Shown here: positions 50,200-59,508 of the stretch, piece after piece
Numbering within the stretch: position 1 is the stretch's first letter
Layout: the number at the start of each line of letters is the position of its first letter
IMG/VR virus record: IMGVR_UViG_3300025168_000068
Location: 7,717-71,716 of that record
Direction: 5' to 3' (one strand)
Length of the DNA stretch: 64,000 nt
Source: a virus
Translations under genes and position numbers: made by a program
Notes under the pieces: generated by a model
Seen by the model: only the letters and a program-made list of their open reading frames with translations
The model's database searches: none
What the model was told of the DNA's origin: nothing

Positions 50200-50387
50200 G
50201 ATTGACAACCTCACCCCTCACCCCTCCTATCCTCAATCAATGCCTATATTGCCCCGTTTACCTATGGAATCCGGCTCAAATCGTATGCACTGAGTGCAAA
50301 AATAGCCGTTTAGCATCTATCCTATGCCATAGTGACGGGATTACGGTTGAGCAATTGCCGTTTCCTAGCCTCTCAAGGTGGATTTAA
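50196..50387 (+). CDS. Small Zn-finger protein
   Basis: CLYC...CTEC; GGAGGT just upstream, GTGA overlap. Confidence 0.5.
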   Translation: MRLTTSPLTPPILNQCLYCPVYLWNPAQIVCTECKNSRLASILCHSDGITVEQLPFPSLSRWI

Positions 50388-50626
50388 GGCACTTAATTAA
50401 CATACAGGTAAAAGTTACTGCCCGACGAAAAAGCCTCCCTTAAATGTGCCTTTAAACGGCCATTTTTGGGAGGTCTAGGTTTTTTGATGGTTTGAGTGAA
50501 AACTAGGCATCCAAAACCTACAGATACACCCCTACCCTGAATGGCTACCACCTTTTCAGATTTAAAATAATTTTTTTGAAAAAATATTTTTAGGACACTT
50601 ATTGTTGGCTTGTATTGGGTTGATGA

Positions 50627-50905
50627 CTACCGCCCCTCGTCATTAGCCCGCTTATACTCCTTACGTTTACCGTTAGGGTATATTCTCACAACTCTACTAA
50701 CTATACGTCCTTTGTGTATTTCACGGCGAATCCAAGCCGGTATAGATTTAACAGTCATCTGCTTCCAATGTCTAGGAATCTCAGAAGAAAACCTATTGGC
50801 AATCTGTTCTGAGTTTTTCCAATCGTTATCAAAGAAACCTTCTTCATACATTTTGTCGAAACTGTTTTGCACACGCACTTTTCTTTTTTCCGGCCCGTGT
50901 CTCAT
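50627..50905 (-). CDS. Winged-helix-like small protein downstream of TerL
   Basis: WKNSEQIANRF...SIPAWIRR...KEYK. Confidence 0.55.
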   Translation of the reverse strand: MRHGPEKRKVRVQNSFDKMYEEGFFDNDWKNSEQIANRFSSEIPRHWKQMTVKSIPAWIRREIHKGRIVSRVVRIYPNGKRKEYKRANDEGR

Positions 50906-52398
50906 TTTCTAATCACCCTACCACCAATACCCGAACCAATACTAGGAAGTCCTTTACTACCACCTAACCATTGACCGGCCTTTAGAGTTTTCATAACTAC
51001 CGGCATATCCGGTGTTCTGTATGTAAATTGGTCTATTGCATGAGCCAAAGCCATTGTAGTATCGTTGTGCTTACCTAAATCTACAATTAACCCTTCTCTC
51101 CAAGCATGAGTTTCTAATTCCTCTAATACTATATTTACTATACGTCTTGTATCGTCACTACCGAAAGGGAATATTACAAGTTCTCTTTCAAACCATACAC
51201 GCAGACGATTTAACAATCCCTGCTTTAAAGTTCTGTTACTTACTTTACTTTGCCTGTAATCTACCATAGCGCCTTTTTGCACTAACAGACTTTCATACAT
51301 TTGTTGAAATCCTACATCTTCGGCAGCAACAGGACAGTTACCATATCTTTTTATCAATTCTATTAGAACATCTGCTTGCTTATCCGGCGGAAAGTCATTT
51401 CTTCTCCACATATTAACAAAATGAATAAATCCTTCTTCGTCTTGTCTTAGTATAACCATAACGCTGTAATCTTGCCCTAATCCATGTGAAGGGTCAAATC
51501 CTATAACATAACGTGAATCATCCCTCTTATCAGGCTCTAGTATGTTATTTATCTTTAGATTCTTTCTTATTAGATTTCTAGGATATACTGCCGACTCATC
51601 ATCAACAACTTTACACAAATACTCCTGCGCAAACTCTAAATCCCCAATAGAGTTTTTTTGTTCTAGTAAATACTCTATAGGTCTAAGTTCTTCCCATAGT
51701 GCCACAGGCTTTATTTTATCGGGGTCTGCCCTCCATTCATCCCAGTTTGGTATAGAGGACCAAATCCCTGTTTTCCAATCATCATTATCTAACATTTCAG
51801 TATGGTATATGTCATTCATAGACATAGGAGTTCCTACACAAAATAAACTAGATTTAGGGTCAAGCATAGGCATAACTACTTTACGCAACCAATTTCTTAA
51901 TTGACCTAAGTTCAAATCTTTTTTAGCGTCTAAAAGAATATCATCTAAAACTACAACGCCCGGATGGTCGCCTCTAATAGCACTACCTACAGAAGTGCAT
52001 CTAATAACCGCGCCATTAGTGAGATACAGTTCTGTTTTACCACCTCTAGTAGTATCTAAGTATTTACTCAACTGAGGGTGTTTTGTTAAATCTCCTCTAA
52101 TTTCCGCTAAACGTCTAATTGCAGTATCTCTACTGGCGGAAAACAGCCATGCGTTTATAGGTGCGTTGTTGAATCTGTCAAAAAGTGCCATGTGTAATAA
52201 CTTAACACCTACAGTTGTGCTTTTAGAATGACCTCTAGGTGCGACTATACATACTTTGTGAACGTAAGAGCCTTTTCTATTGCCATAAAGTTCTAACCAT
52301 TCGCCAATGTGTTCACCCCAAGTATAACCTAACCAACGGTAAAAATAACCTACGTCATCTCTACTTCTTTCTAATGACAATTCTGTGCTAAAACTCAT
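50902..52398 (-). CDS. terL: Terminase large subunit
   Basis: APRGHSKST, IRGDHPGVVVLDD, GTPM, FAQEY, RNase H-like IGFDPS...DYS, HNDTTMALA. Confidence 0.95.
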   Translation of the reverse strand: MSFSTELSLERSRDDVGYFYRWLGYTWGEHIGEWLELYGNRKGSYVHKVCIVAPRGHSKSTTVGVKLLHMALFDRFNNAPINAWLFSASRDTAIRRLAEIRGDLTKHPQLSKYLDTTRGGKTELYLTNGAVIRCTSVGSAIRGDHPGVVVLDDILLDAKKDLNLGQLRNWLRKVVMPMLDPKSSLFCVGTPMSMNDIYHTEMLDNDDWKTGIWSSIPNWDEWRADPDKIKPVALWEELRPIEYLLEQKNSIGDLEFAQEYLCKVVDDESAVYPRNLIRKNLKINNILEPDKRDDSRYVIGFDPSHGLGQDYSVMVILRQDEEGFIHFVNMWRRNDFPPDKQADVLIELIKRYGNCPVAAEDVGFQQMYESLLVQKGAMVDYRQSKVSNRTLKQGLLNRLRVWFERELVIFPFGSDDTRRIVNIVLEELETHAWREGLIVDLGKHNDTTMALAHAIDQFTYRTPDMPVVMKTLKAGQWLGGSKGLPSIGSGIGGRVIRK

Positions 52399-52517
52399 TT
52401 TGGAACTAACCCCTTTTCAAAACAATAAGGACAAACCCTTTCTAACACTTTTGCTCGCATCATACGACTGGAAGCCCAACCGCATTTGGTGCATTTAACA
52501 GACTCCCATTTAACCAT
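52395..52517 (-). CDS. Zn-ribbon microprotein (40 aa) coupled to TerL
   Basis: MVKWESVKCTKCGW...VCPYCFEKGLVPK*; ATGA overlap with the TerL start. Confidence 0.65.
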   Translation of the reverse strand: MVKWESVKCTKCGWASSRMMRAKVLERVCPYCFEKGLVPK

Positions 52518-53946
52518 GTTTCATCACTGGTGCGTATAATGTGCCTATAATCCCATCTTTTTTATCTACTAGGTGAGCAAAAAGACCTGCACGTTCTGTA
52601 ACAAATCCTTTTCTGTAATGCCATCTATCGTGACCTGCTAAACTAGGCAACTGTATTACAAAACAGCCTCCTTTTTGCATCATGTGCGTATAATGCTTAT
52701 GTCCGTGAAACCACATTCTGTTAGAGCATTTACCCCATAAGTTTCTTTCTTCATTAGCCATAATCAAAGGCAGGTCTAAACTCTTTACAAAGTCTCCGTG
52801 AGTAAAACCTAATAGGTTATTACCCCAAGATACATATTGCCTAGATTTAGGACTAACTAAAACGCTTACATCTTCTACATCTTGATATGCAGCCTGTAAA
52901 TACAAAGCCAATGCTAATGCAGCAAATCTATCGTGATTACCCGACATAAAGACTATTTCTACTGGCGCTACCTTTCTAAGCATTTCAATATGCTCTTTTG
53001 CTAGTTCGCAACCATTCATTAATATTTGAGCAGGTGTGCCGGACATATCCTGTGCAGTTCCCGCAGTAGTTGTGCCTCCGTCATTATCTATATGGAACCA
53101 ATCACTACCTGTAGCCAAAATTACTTTTTCAGGTTCGCTAGGCAATCTATTAATAAGATTCTGAGTTCTATCAAGAAGTCTTGACCTAGCCTCTTCCATA
53201 TCAAAATGCACACCTACTTCATCAACCCATCCACCTTTACCATAGTGTAAGTCGGTAGGAGATATAACTACAGCATAAGGATTACCTTTAGGCATTTTAA
53301 TCTTTTTAGGATTCTTTGCTACTGTAATTTTATTGATATTATCAACAAACTCATCTAAAAGCGTAGCCCGTAGTTCTCTATACTTCATAGCATCTTTTTC
53401 TATGTTACTCCATTTTGCTTTATCTATATCTACCAATAGTTTCTGTTTTTCAGAAAATACCAATTCATTTAGTAAGTCTTTCCGGTCTTTTGTAACTACC
53501 TCTTCATCTGTAAACGGTATCATACTATGTTTCCATTTGTGAGCGCGAACATATTCACCTAACCATAATTCAGGCATATTAAACTCTCTTGACAAATCAC
53601 TTACAGTATACCCGCCCGTCATGTCACTATAGGCTCTTTTCATCTCACGGTGAGAATTACCGCTTATACAAATCATATGAGCCATACTATCTAAATAAGT
53701 AAGGTAGACATCTTTGCTCGCATCATAATGAGTCTTGACTCTTTCTAATGGTGCTGATAGAGGATTACTATATTCCTCTGCATCGGGTTGAAAGTTTCCT
53801 CCCCAATCTCTAATGGCAAATCGCCATGCGTCAATGCTTCTTTTAGGCTCTATACTGTTTAGAAATCTTGCGAACTCCGACGCACTACTAAATCCCTCAG
53901 TTGCATATTTTTCTATTAGGTCTGTTCCACCGTGATACTTTCCCAT
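52510..53946 (-). CDS. Calcineurin-like metallophosphoesterase with N-terminal extension
   Basis: TDLHYG, GSDWFH, GNHD, THGD, GHKH. Confidence 0.85.
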   Translation of the reverse strand: MGKYHGGTDLIEKYATEGFSSASEFARFLNSIEPKRSIDAWRFAIRDWGGNFQPDAEEYSNPLSAPLERVKTHYDASKDVYLTYLDSMAHMICISGNSHREMKRAYSDMTGGYTVSDLSREFNMPELWLGEYVRAHKWKHSMIPFTDEEVVTKDRKDLLNELVFSEKQKLLVDIDKAKWSNIEKDAMKYRELRATLLDEFVDNINKITVAKNPKKIKMPKGNPYAVVISPTDLHYGKGGWVDEVGVHFDMEEARSRLLDRTQNLINRLPSEPEKVILATGSDWFHIDNDGGTTTAGTAQDMSGTPAQILMNGCELAKEHIEMLRKVAPVEIVFMSGNHDRFAALALALYLQAAYQDVEDVSVLVSPKSRQYVSWGNNLLGFTHGDFVKSLDLPLIMANEERNLWGKCSNRMWFHGHKHYTHMMQKGGCFVIQLPSLAGHDRWHYRKGFVTERAGLFAHLVDKKDGIIGTLYAPVMKHG

Positions 53947-54005
53947 ATAAAGAGTAGGGTATGGATAGGTTCTTAAACCTTTTTTTTTCTGTAACATACA
54001 ATTCT

Positions 54006-54227
54006 TTCAGAAAAAATTAATGGCTTGCAGTATAGCGTTTTTTTGAATTAATTTATTTGTTCAAAGGGAGGTAATGTATTTGTCGGCTTATTCTAATACA
54101 TTAACTATTATAATTACGAAGTAATTCTTCTACACCTTTGAATAAAAAAAAGAATTAAGAAAATGGGTCGCAGTAATGCTTTTTATTTTTTCTACAAAAA
54201 AGGTAAAAAATAGAAAAAATTAATCCC
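54006..54227 (+). promoter_or_regulatory. Conserved element B (box-IR-box)
   Basis: GCAGTATAGCGTTTT 54027-54041, TTCAAAG 54060-54066, hairpins, CTTTGAA 54136-54142, CGCAGTAATGCTTTT 54169-54183; homologous to element A. Confidence 0.75.
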
Positions 54228-54261
54228 AAACTTTATTATACAGTCGAAAAATGGTAAAAAC

Positions 54262-55659
54262 ATGGCCGAGCGCAGTTTTTGGAATCCTTTCGCAAGAAAA
54301 GATGTAACAGCGAGTGAAAAAACAATAAAGAGGGTAGGAAGCAATCAAAAGTTTTCTGCTGTAGCAGGTATTCCTGATATAGTTAGAGATACGGAAAGAT
54401 TGAGACAAGACAGTAAGTTTGACAATGAGTTTGACCTTTACGACCACATGATAAAATTAGACCCTGAACTAAACGGTGCGGTTCGCGCAGTTTCTTTGAC
54501 AGCAAACAATTATGAAATAAATTACGACAAAGGTAAGAATGCTACAATTAGAAACGCTATACAAGAACTAGTAGAAGAAACACTGGATTTTGACGATGTA
54601 ATGATTAACACTATGAGAAATCTTATGGTTTACGGTAATGATATAAATAAATTAGTGGGTAAAGAAGGTATTGGTATTACCAATCTACAAAACCTACCAA
54701 TTAAACAAATAACAATCGTTGATGAAAGAGGCGGCTTAGGTTCTTACTTTGTTGCTGATGAAGATAATCCTATTATTGATTCTGTTACATATATGGTTAG
54801 AGAAGGAACTATGTATGAAAGAGAGATACCTAACGCAGAAATACTACACGTTAGGGTAGATTATAGAAGTAATTGGTTTACCGACAACAAAGGTCGAAAG
54901 ACCTATGGTGTATGGGGCGCTTCCCGATTTACGTCACTTAAGCAAGCAATACGAATGAAATACAACACAATGAACAACCGTATCTCATTGGAAGATGCTA
55001 TGACAAAACAATACATTACTATTGACAAATCTGCAATCGAACATATACAAGACCCTGCTGAACAACAGGAAAGACTTCTTTACATTATGGATGAGGTAAT
55101 AACTTTGTTTCAAGGATTAAGAGGCGACCAAATACCAGTTCTTCCTCATTACGTTGAATTACACCACGTTGATTTAGGTAACGCTTTGCCTAACTCAAGT
55201 GATTTCTTAGACAGTGTTAATGCTGATATTGCGGCTGTATTACAAGTGCCAAGAGTAGCAGCAGGTCAAGAAAAAGGTTCGACGTTTGCTGCAACATTCA
55301 ACGCAAACCTGTGGGCTGTTCAAGCAATTAGCCGTATGCATAGAATCCTCCAAGATAGCACAATGAAGATTTTTTCTGAGCATTTGAATCTTATGGGTAT
55401 AGAACATAAAATGAAAGATTTACCTACAATCACCTTTGACACTATGGATAGTGAAACACCGCTAAACGTAATGCAGAGAATGGTTATGGGTTACACAAAT
55501 GGTATTCTAACACTAAACCAAGCACTAGAAGGTCTTAGTCTCCCGTCTGCTAAAGACGGGGATGAAAGAAAAGATGTTAAAAGTCCTGAAAGTGTAGGTG
55601 AATTACCTAGACAAAACTCCCAACCTTCTGCACCAACAGAAGATGGTGAAGAATTATGA
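54262..55659 (+). CDS. Portal protein
   Basis: 465 aa; DPELNGAVR, LMVYGND, EILHVR, YGVWGAS, IAAVLQVP, GILTLNQ; first gene of the head operon. Confidence 0.85.
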   Translation: MAERSFWNPFARKDVTASEKTIKRVGSNQKFSAVAGIPDIVRDTERLRQDSKFDNEFDLYDHMIKLDPELNGAVRAVSLTANNYEINYDKGKNATIRNAIQELVEETLDFDDVMINTMRNLMVYGNDINKLVGKEGIGITNLQNLPIKQITIVDERGGLGSYFVADEDNPIIDSVTYMVREGTMYEREIPNAEILHVRVDYRSNWFTDNKGRKTYGVWGASRFTSLKQAIRMKYNTMNNRISLEDAMTKQYITIDKSAIEHIQDPAEQQERLLYIMDEVITLFQGLRGDQIPVLPHYVELHHVDLGNALPNSSDFLDSVNADIAAVLQVPRVAAGQEKGSTFAATFNANLWAVQAISRMHRILQDSTMKIFSEHLNLMGIEHKMKDLPTITFDTMDSETPLNVMQRMVMGYTNGILTLNQALEGLSLPSAKDGDERKDVKSPESVGELPRQNSQPSAPTEDGEEL

Positions 55660-56261
55660 AAGTATTAGTTGCCTGTGAGTTTTCGGGGAAAGTAAGAGAT
55701 TCTTTTATAAAAAAAGGTCATGAAGCATTAAGTTGTGATTTGTTACCTAGTGAAAGTAATTTAGGTGAACACTATCAAGGAGATGTTAGAGACATATTAA
55801 ACGATGGTTGGGATTTGATGATTGCACACCCTCCTTGCACTCATTTATCTGCATCGGGTGCAAGATGGTTTAGTGAAGGACTTAAATCAAGACAATTACA
55901 AATTGACGCTTTGGAGTTTGTGAAGGTCTTAATGGATGCGCCTATAGAAAGAATATGTATAGAGAATCCAGTATCAATAATTTCTACTCAAATAAAACAA
56001 CCGGACCAAATAATTCACCCTTATATGTTTGGGCATGACGCAAGAAAAAGAACTTGTCTTTGGTTAAAAAACCTCCCTACATTAATACCTACAAAAGTAG
56101 TTGAACCTCTTTTAGTAACTTACAAAGGTAAAACATTTTCGCATGATTATGGAGGCGCTGATTTAAATTACGGTAAAAGAAGGTCCGTCACTTATGATGG
56201 TATTGCTAACGCTATGGCTGCACAATGGGGTTCCGTAAAAAATGGAGGGCTTAATTTTTGA
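55656..56261 (+). CDS. Compact C5 DNA cytosine methyltransferase
   Basis: VLVACEFSG, SCDL, AHPPCT, IENP, HPYMFG, KRTCLW. Confidence 0.85.
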   Translation: MKVLVACEFSGKVRDSFIKKGHEALSCDLLPSESNLGEHYQGDVRDILNDGWDLMIAHPPCTHLSASGARWFSEGLKSRQLQIDALEFVKVLMDAPIERICIENPVSIISTQIKQPDQIIHPYMFGHDARKRTCLWLKNLPTLIPTKVVEPLLVTYKGKTFSHDYGGADLNYGKRRSVTYDGIANAMAAQWGSVKNGGLNF

Positions 56262-56767
56262 TACCTGAAATACAATTTTTTATTTATTCACTTCTTATGG
56301 CTGCATTAGGATGGGTTTTAGCGACAATATTTAAAAGACAGACTAAAGGAGGTAAGGTCATGGGGAAAGTTAAACTTACCAATCCAAATGAAACACTCAT
56401 GCTAATTTTTGGTATGGGAGTAGTTATGGCGTGGGTTATAATAGCAACGGCAGCATCTTATTATAGCGTAGTCGAACAAAGAGATATATCAGATTCACAA
56501 TTAACAGTTATTGGTCTATTAGGTGGTCCGGCACTTCTTATAATTACCAATGTATTAGATTTATTCAAAGGTAATGAAAGTGCCAAGATTGCAGTATTAC
56601 CTGATAGACTTAATGCTGATGTAGCATCTACTGATGCAGCGAAAAACCACACTCGTAAATTAGAAGAGTTAAAACTACAACACGATTTAGATATGGAAGC
56701 CATGCAGCAAAAACATAGTTTAGACATGGAAGCATTTCAAATTACTAAGTCCAGTAAATCTAAATAA
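56258..56767 (+). CDS. Membrane protein with coiled-coil tail (alternative start 56360)
   Basis: Two to three hydrophobic segments; GGAGGT before 56360. Confidence 0.65.
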   Translation: MIPEIQFFIYSLLMAALGWVLATIFKRQTKGGKVMGKVKLTNPNETLMLIFGMGVVMAWVIIATAASYYSVVEQRDISDSQLTVIGLLGGPALLIITNVLDLFKGNESAKIAVLPDRLNADVASTDAAKNHTRKLEELKLQHDLDMEAMQQKHSLDMEAFQITKSSKSK

Positions 56768-56875
56768 TCATAAAACACTAGGATGACCTAGTGTTATGAC
56801 ACTTAACGAAGTTTGTTGCATCTTATTATTTATCGCTATTTCCTTTATGGCCCTTGATACGGAAAAGTGGGGTTA

Positions 56876-57226
56876 ATGGATAAAGACGAAGTGATAGAAA
56901 AGGTTATTGCTATATGTATGATGAGTATTTTTCTTGTGCCTTTTACTGCACCGGCTTATGAAGGCAGCCCCTTTTATGACCCCAATTTAATTACTTGTAG
57001 CACTGTTACAGGTGAAATAATAGATATGCAACCTTTTTATATTATAGTAAGAGTTGAAGATAACTATACTAATATTAACGAAGATTTTAAAGTATATGTT
57101 AGTCCGGCAGCATATAACAACTATACTATAAGTGATACTCATATAGAACCTATATGCACTTTATCTGATTATTCCTTATATAAAGATTTAATAGAAAGTT
57201 TAAAGCAATCGGGTATTTTAGAATAG
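56876..57226 (+). CDS. Membrane-anchored hypothetical protein
   Basis: N-terminal hydrophobic helix followed by beta strands. Confidence 0.55.
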   Translation: MDKDEVIEKVIAICMMSIFLVPFTAPAYEGSPFYDPNLITCSTVTGEIIDMQPFYIIVRVEDNYTNINEDFKVYVSPAAYNNYTISDTHIEPICTLSDYSLYKDLIESLKQSGILE

Positions 57227-57256
57227 TTAATAAGACAACAGCAAAGTTCTCCGGTC

Positions 57257-59062
57257 ATGTCGTGCGGTTGCGGTTGTAGTGGTGAAGTAGTAGCATACGA
57301 AGAATGGGAAGAAGAAGAAGATGTTACAGCAGCAGAATATCAAGGTCGCTCAGTAACACTCAATAAACCGTTTAGAACAAGTGGTGGACCTAAAAAGTTC
57401 GCAGTATATACTAAAAATGGTAGTGGCACTGTAGTTATAGTAAGATTTGGCGACCCTAATATGGAAATCAAAAGGGACGACCCTGCTAGAAGAAAAGCAT
57501 TTCGTTCAAGACATAACTGTCAAACACCCGGACCAAAATGGAAGGCACGTTATTGGTCTTGCAGACAATGGCGTGGTGGTAAAAAGGTTGAAGCAGAAGA
57601 TGGTAGTCCTTGTGGATGCGGTTGTAATGACGAAAATGCAGAAGCAAAAGATGCAGATGACCCTTGCACATCAGGTTACGAACAATACGGTATGAAAATG
57701 AAAAATGGAAGAAAGGTTCCTAATTGCATTCCTATTAAGAAAAGTGCTGACGAAGTAGAAGCAGCAGAACCTACACCCACAAGCACAGAATCACATGACG
57801 AATACATGACACGATGTCAAGAAGCAGGTTACTCTAAAGAACAATGTATGAAAGCACACGAAGGACATGATTTTGGCGAAGAAGCAAGTTATGACGACAA
57901 AAAGAAAAAGAAAGGTTATGCAGAAGAATGTGGTTATGGGGAAGAAATGATTGAGGGAGAATGCAGAAGAGTTGCAGTATCATTAGATTTACAAATAGAA
58001 GATATGACTATACAGGTGGAAGCATCTGCTAACGGTGATTCTAAAATTAGAATAGAGGGTATAGCATTTCATGAAGGCAAAAACAAAAACAATTGGTCCT
58101 TAACAAAAGAAGGGGCTATAGCAACTATAAAACAAATGATAGGTGCTGATGTAACTTTACTACATCCAAAACCTAACGAACACGGTGCGGGCTTTACTAG
58201 AAACATGAGTGGTGATGTAGAAGAAGCCACAGTTGGATATATTGAAAGCGCAGAATTAGTAGAGTTAGGCGAAGGTAAATGGAACGTAAGATATGTTGCG
58301 TATGTTGTTAGGGATGAATTATTCCCTAGTTTAGAAGCAGGTCTTTGGTCTAGGGAAGGTTACGGCGTTTCAATAGGAGGTAGCGGAGTCCCTATTTCGG
58401 CGGAAGAAAATAATATAGTTTTTGGTGAGGATTTCACTTTCGACCATCTAGCAATAGTGCATAAACCGGCTTACCAAAGGGCAAATATAGAAAAAGTGGA
58501 AAGAATAGAAGAAAAGGATGCTAAGGCAACCTTGATAAGTCATTCTTTATCTGCAACAGTCATAAAAGGAATGGAATACAGTATGTCCGAAGAAGTAGAA
58601 ACTACAATTAATGACGAAATGGAAACTCTCAAAGCAGAACTTGTTTTGGCTAACGCTACAGTAGCGGAGTTCAAAGCAGAAAAAGTTGCTAGAGCAGAAG
58701 AAGAAAGAAGTGGATTTGTTGCACAAGCAACAGAACTAGGTATGTCGGGACACGAAGATTTGTCTACTGGCACTCTAAAATCACTTATAGCATCTTGGGA
58801 AGAGGCGCACCCTGCACCTACCCCAGTTGAGATGACACCTATTGCATCAGAAGTAAAACCTACTGAGACAATTGTGGAAAGTTCAACAGAATCTACAGCA
58901 GTAGTAGCAAACTACCTAAACGGTAAAATGATTTCTACTGACGAACAAATCTATGCAAGAGCATGGAACGCATGGGCTAGTGCTTGGAACAACACATTAG
59001 GCGTTGAAGAAAGAAAATCAATGGCAGCCCCTATCTATTCCCAATTAAAGGAGATGAGATAA
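57257..59062 (+). CDS. Prohead protease with N-terminal Cys-rich modules and C-terminal scaffold
   Basis: IEGIAFHEG, VSIGG, FDHLAIVHKPAY; acidic coiled coil; upstream of MCP. Confidence 0.8.
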   Translation: MSCGCGCSGEVVAYEEWEEEEDVTAAEYQGRSVTLNKPFRTSGGPKKFAVYTKNGSGTVVIVRFGDPNMEIKRDDPARRKAFRSRHNCQTPGPKWKARYWSCRQWRGGKKVEAEDGSPCGCGCNDENAEAKDADDPCTSGYEQYGMKMKNGRKVPNCIPIKKSADEVEAAEPTPTSTESHDEYMTRCQEAGYSKEQCMKAHEGHDFGEEASYDDKKKKKGYAEECGYGEEMIEGECRRVAVSLDLQIEDMTIQVEASANGDSKIRIEGIAFHEGKNKNNWSLTKEGAIATIKQMIGADVTLLHPKPNEHGAGFTRNMSGDVEEATVGYIESAELVELGEGKWNVRYVAYVVRDELFPSLEAGLWSREGYGVSIGGSGVPISAEENNIVFGEDFTFDHLAIVHKPAYQRANIEKVERIEEKDAKATLISHSLSATVIKGMEYSMSEEVETTINDEMETLKAELVLANATVAEFKAEKVARAEEERSGFVAQATELGMSGHEDLSTGTLKSLIASWEEAHPAPTPVEMTPIASEVKPTETIVESSTESTAVVANYLNGKMISTDEQIYARAWNAWASAWNNTLGVEERKSMAAPIYSQLKEMR

Positions 59063-59063
59063 A

Positions 59064-59477
59064 ATGGTAGCATATTCAGGAAATGACCCGGTAAACGTAG
59101 TAGATATAGCAGAAACTTTCGCAAGCAAAGGACTTTTAGTTAAGTATGGCGCAGGTGGAATACTAATGACAGCAAGTGTAACTGATACACCAATCGCTTA
59201 CACAATCGGAGAATCAAGCCGAGATGCAAACCAAGCATTAGAAGCAGCAGGAACAGGAACAGTATCAGTAGTTTCTCTTGACGGTATTTGCTATCTTAAA
59301 ACAGGTGCAGCAAAAGCAGCACCTAAGTTTGGAATGTCCGTATATGTTTCACAGACTGCTGACGCTAACGGAACAGTCACAATAGATGACGCAACCAATT
59401 CAGCAGTATTCGTTGGATTCTACTTTGGTGGAGAAGGTGCAATAGCATCGGGAGATTACATTCCTGTATCTTGTTAG
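59064..59477 (+). CDS. Capsid decoration/cement protein
   Basis: 137 aa, Gly/Ala/Thr-rich beta protein immediately before MCP. Confidence 0.65.
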   Translation: MVAYSGNDPVNVVDIAETFASKGLLVKYGAGGILMTASVTDTPIAYTIGESSRDANQALEAAGTGTVSVVSLDGICYLKTGAAKAAPKFGMSVYVSQTADANGTVTIDDATNSAVFVGFYFGGEGAIASGDYIPVSC

Positions 59478-59508
59478 ATATATGAATTAAATTATAGGAG
59501 TTGAAAAA

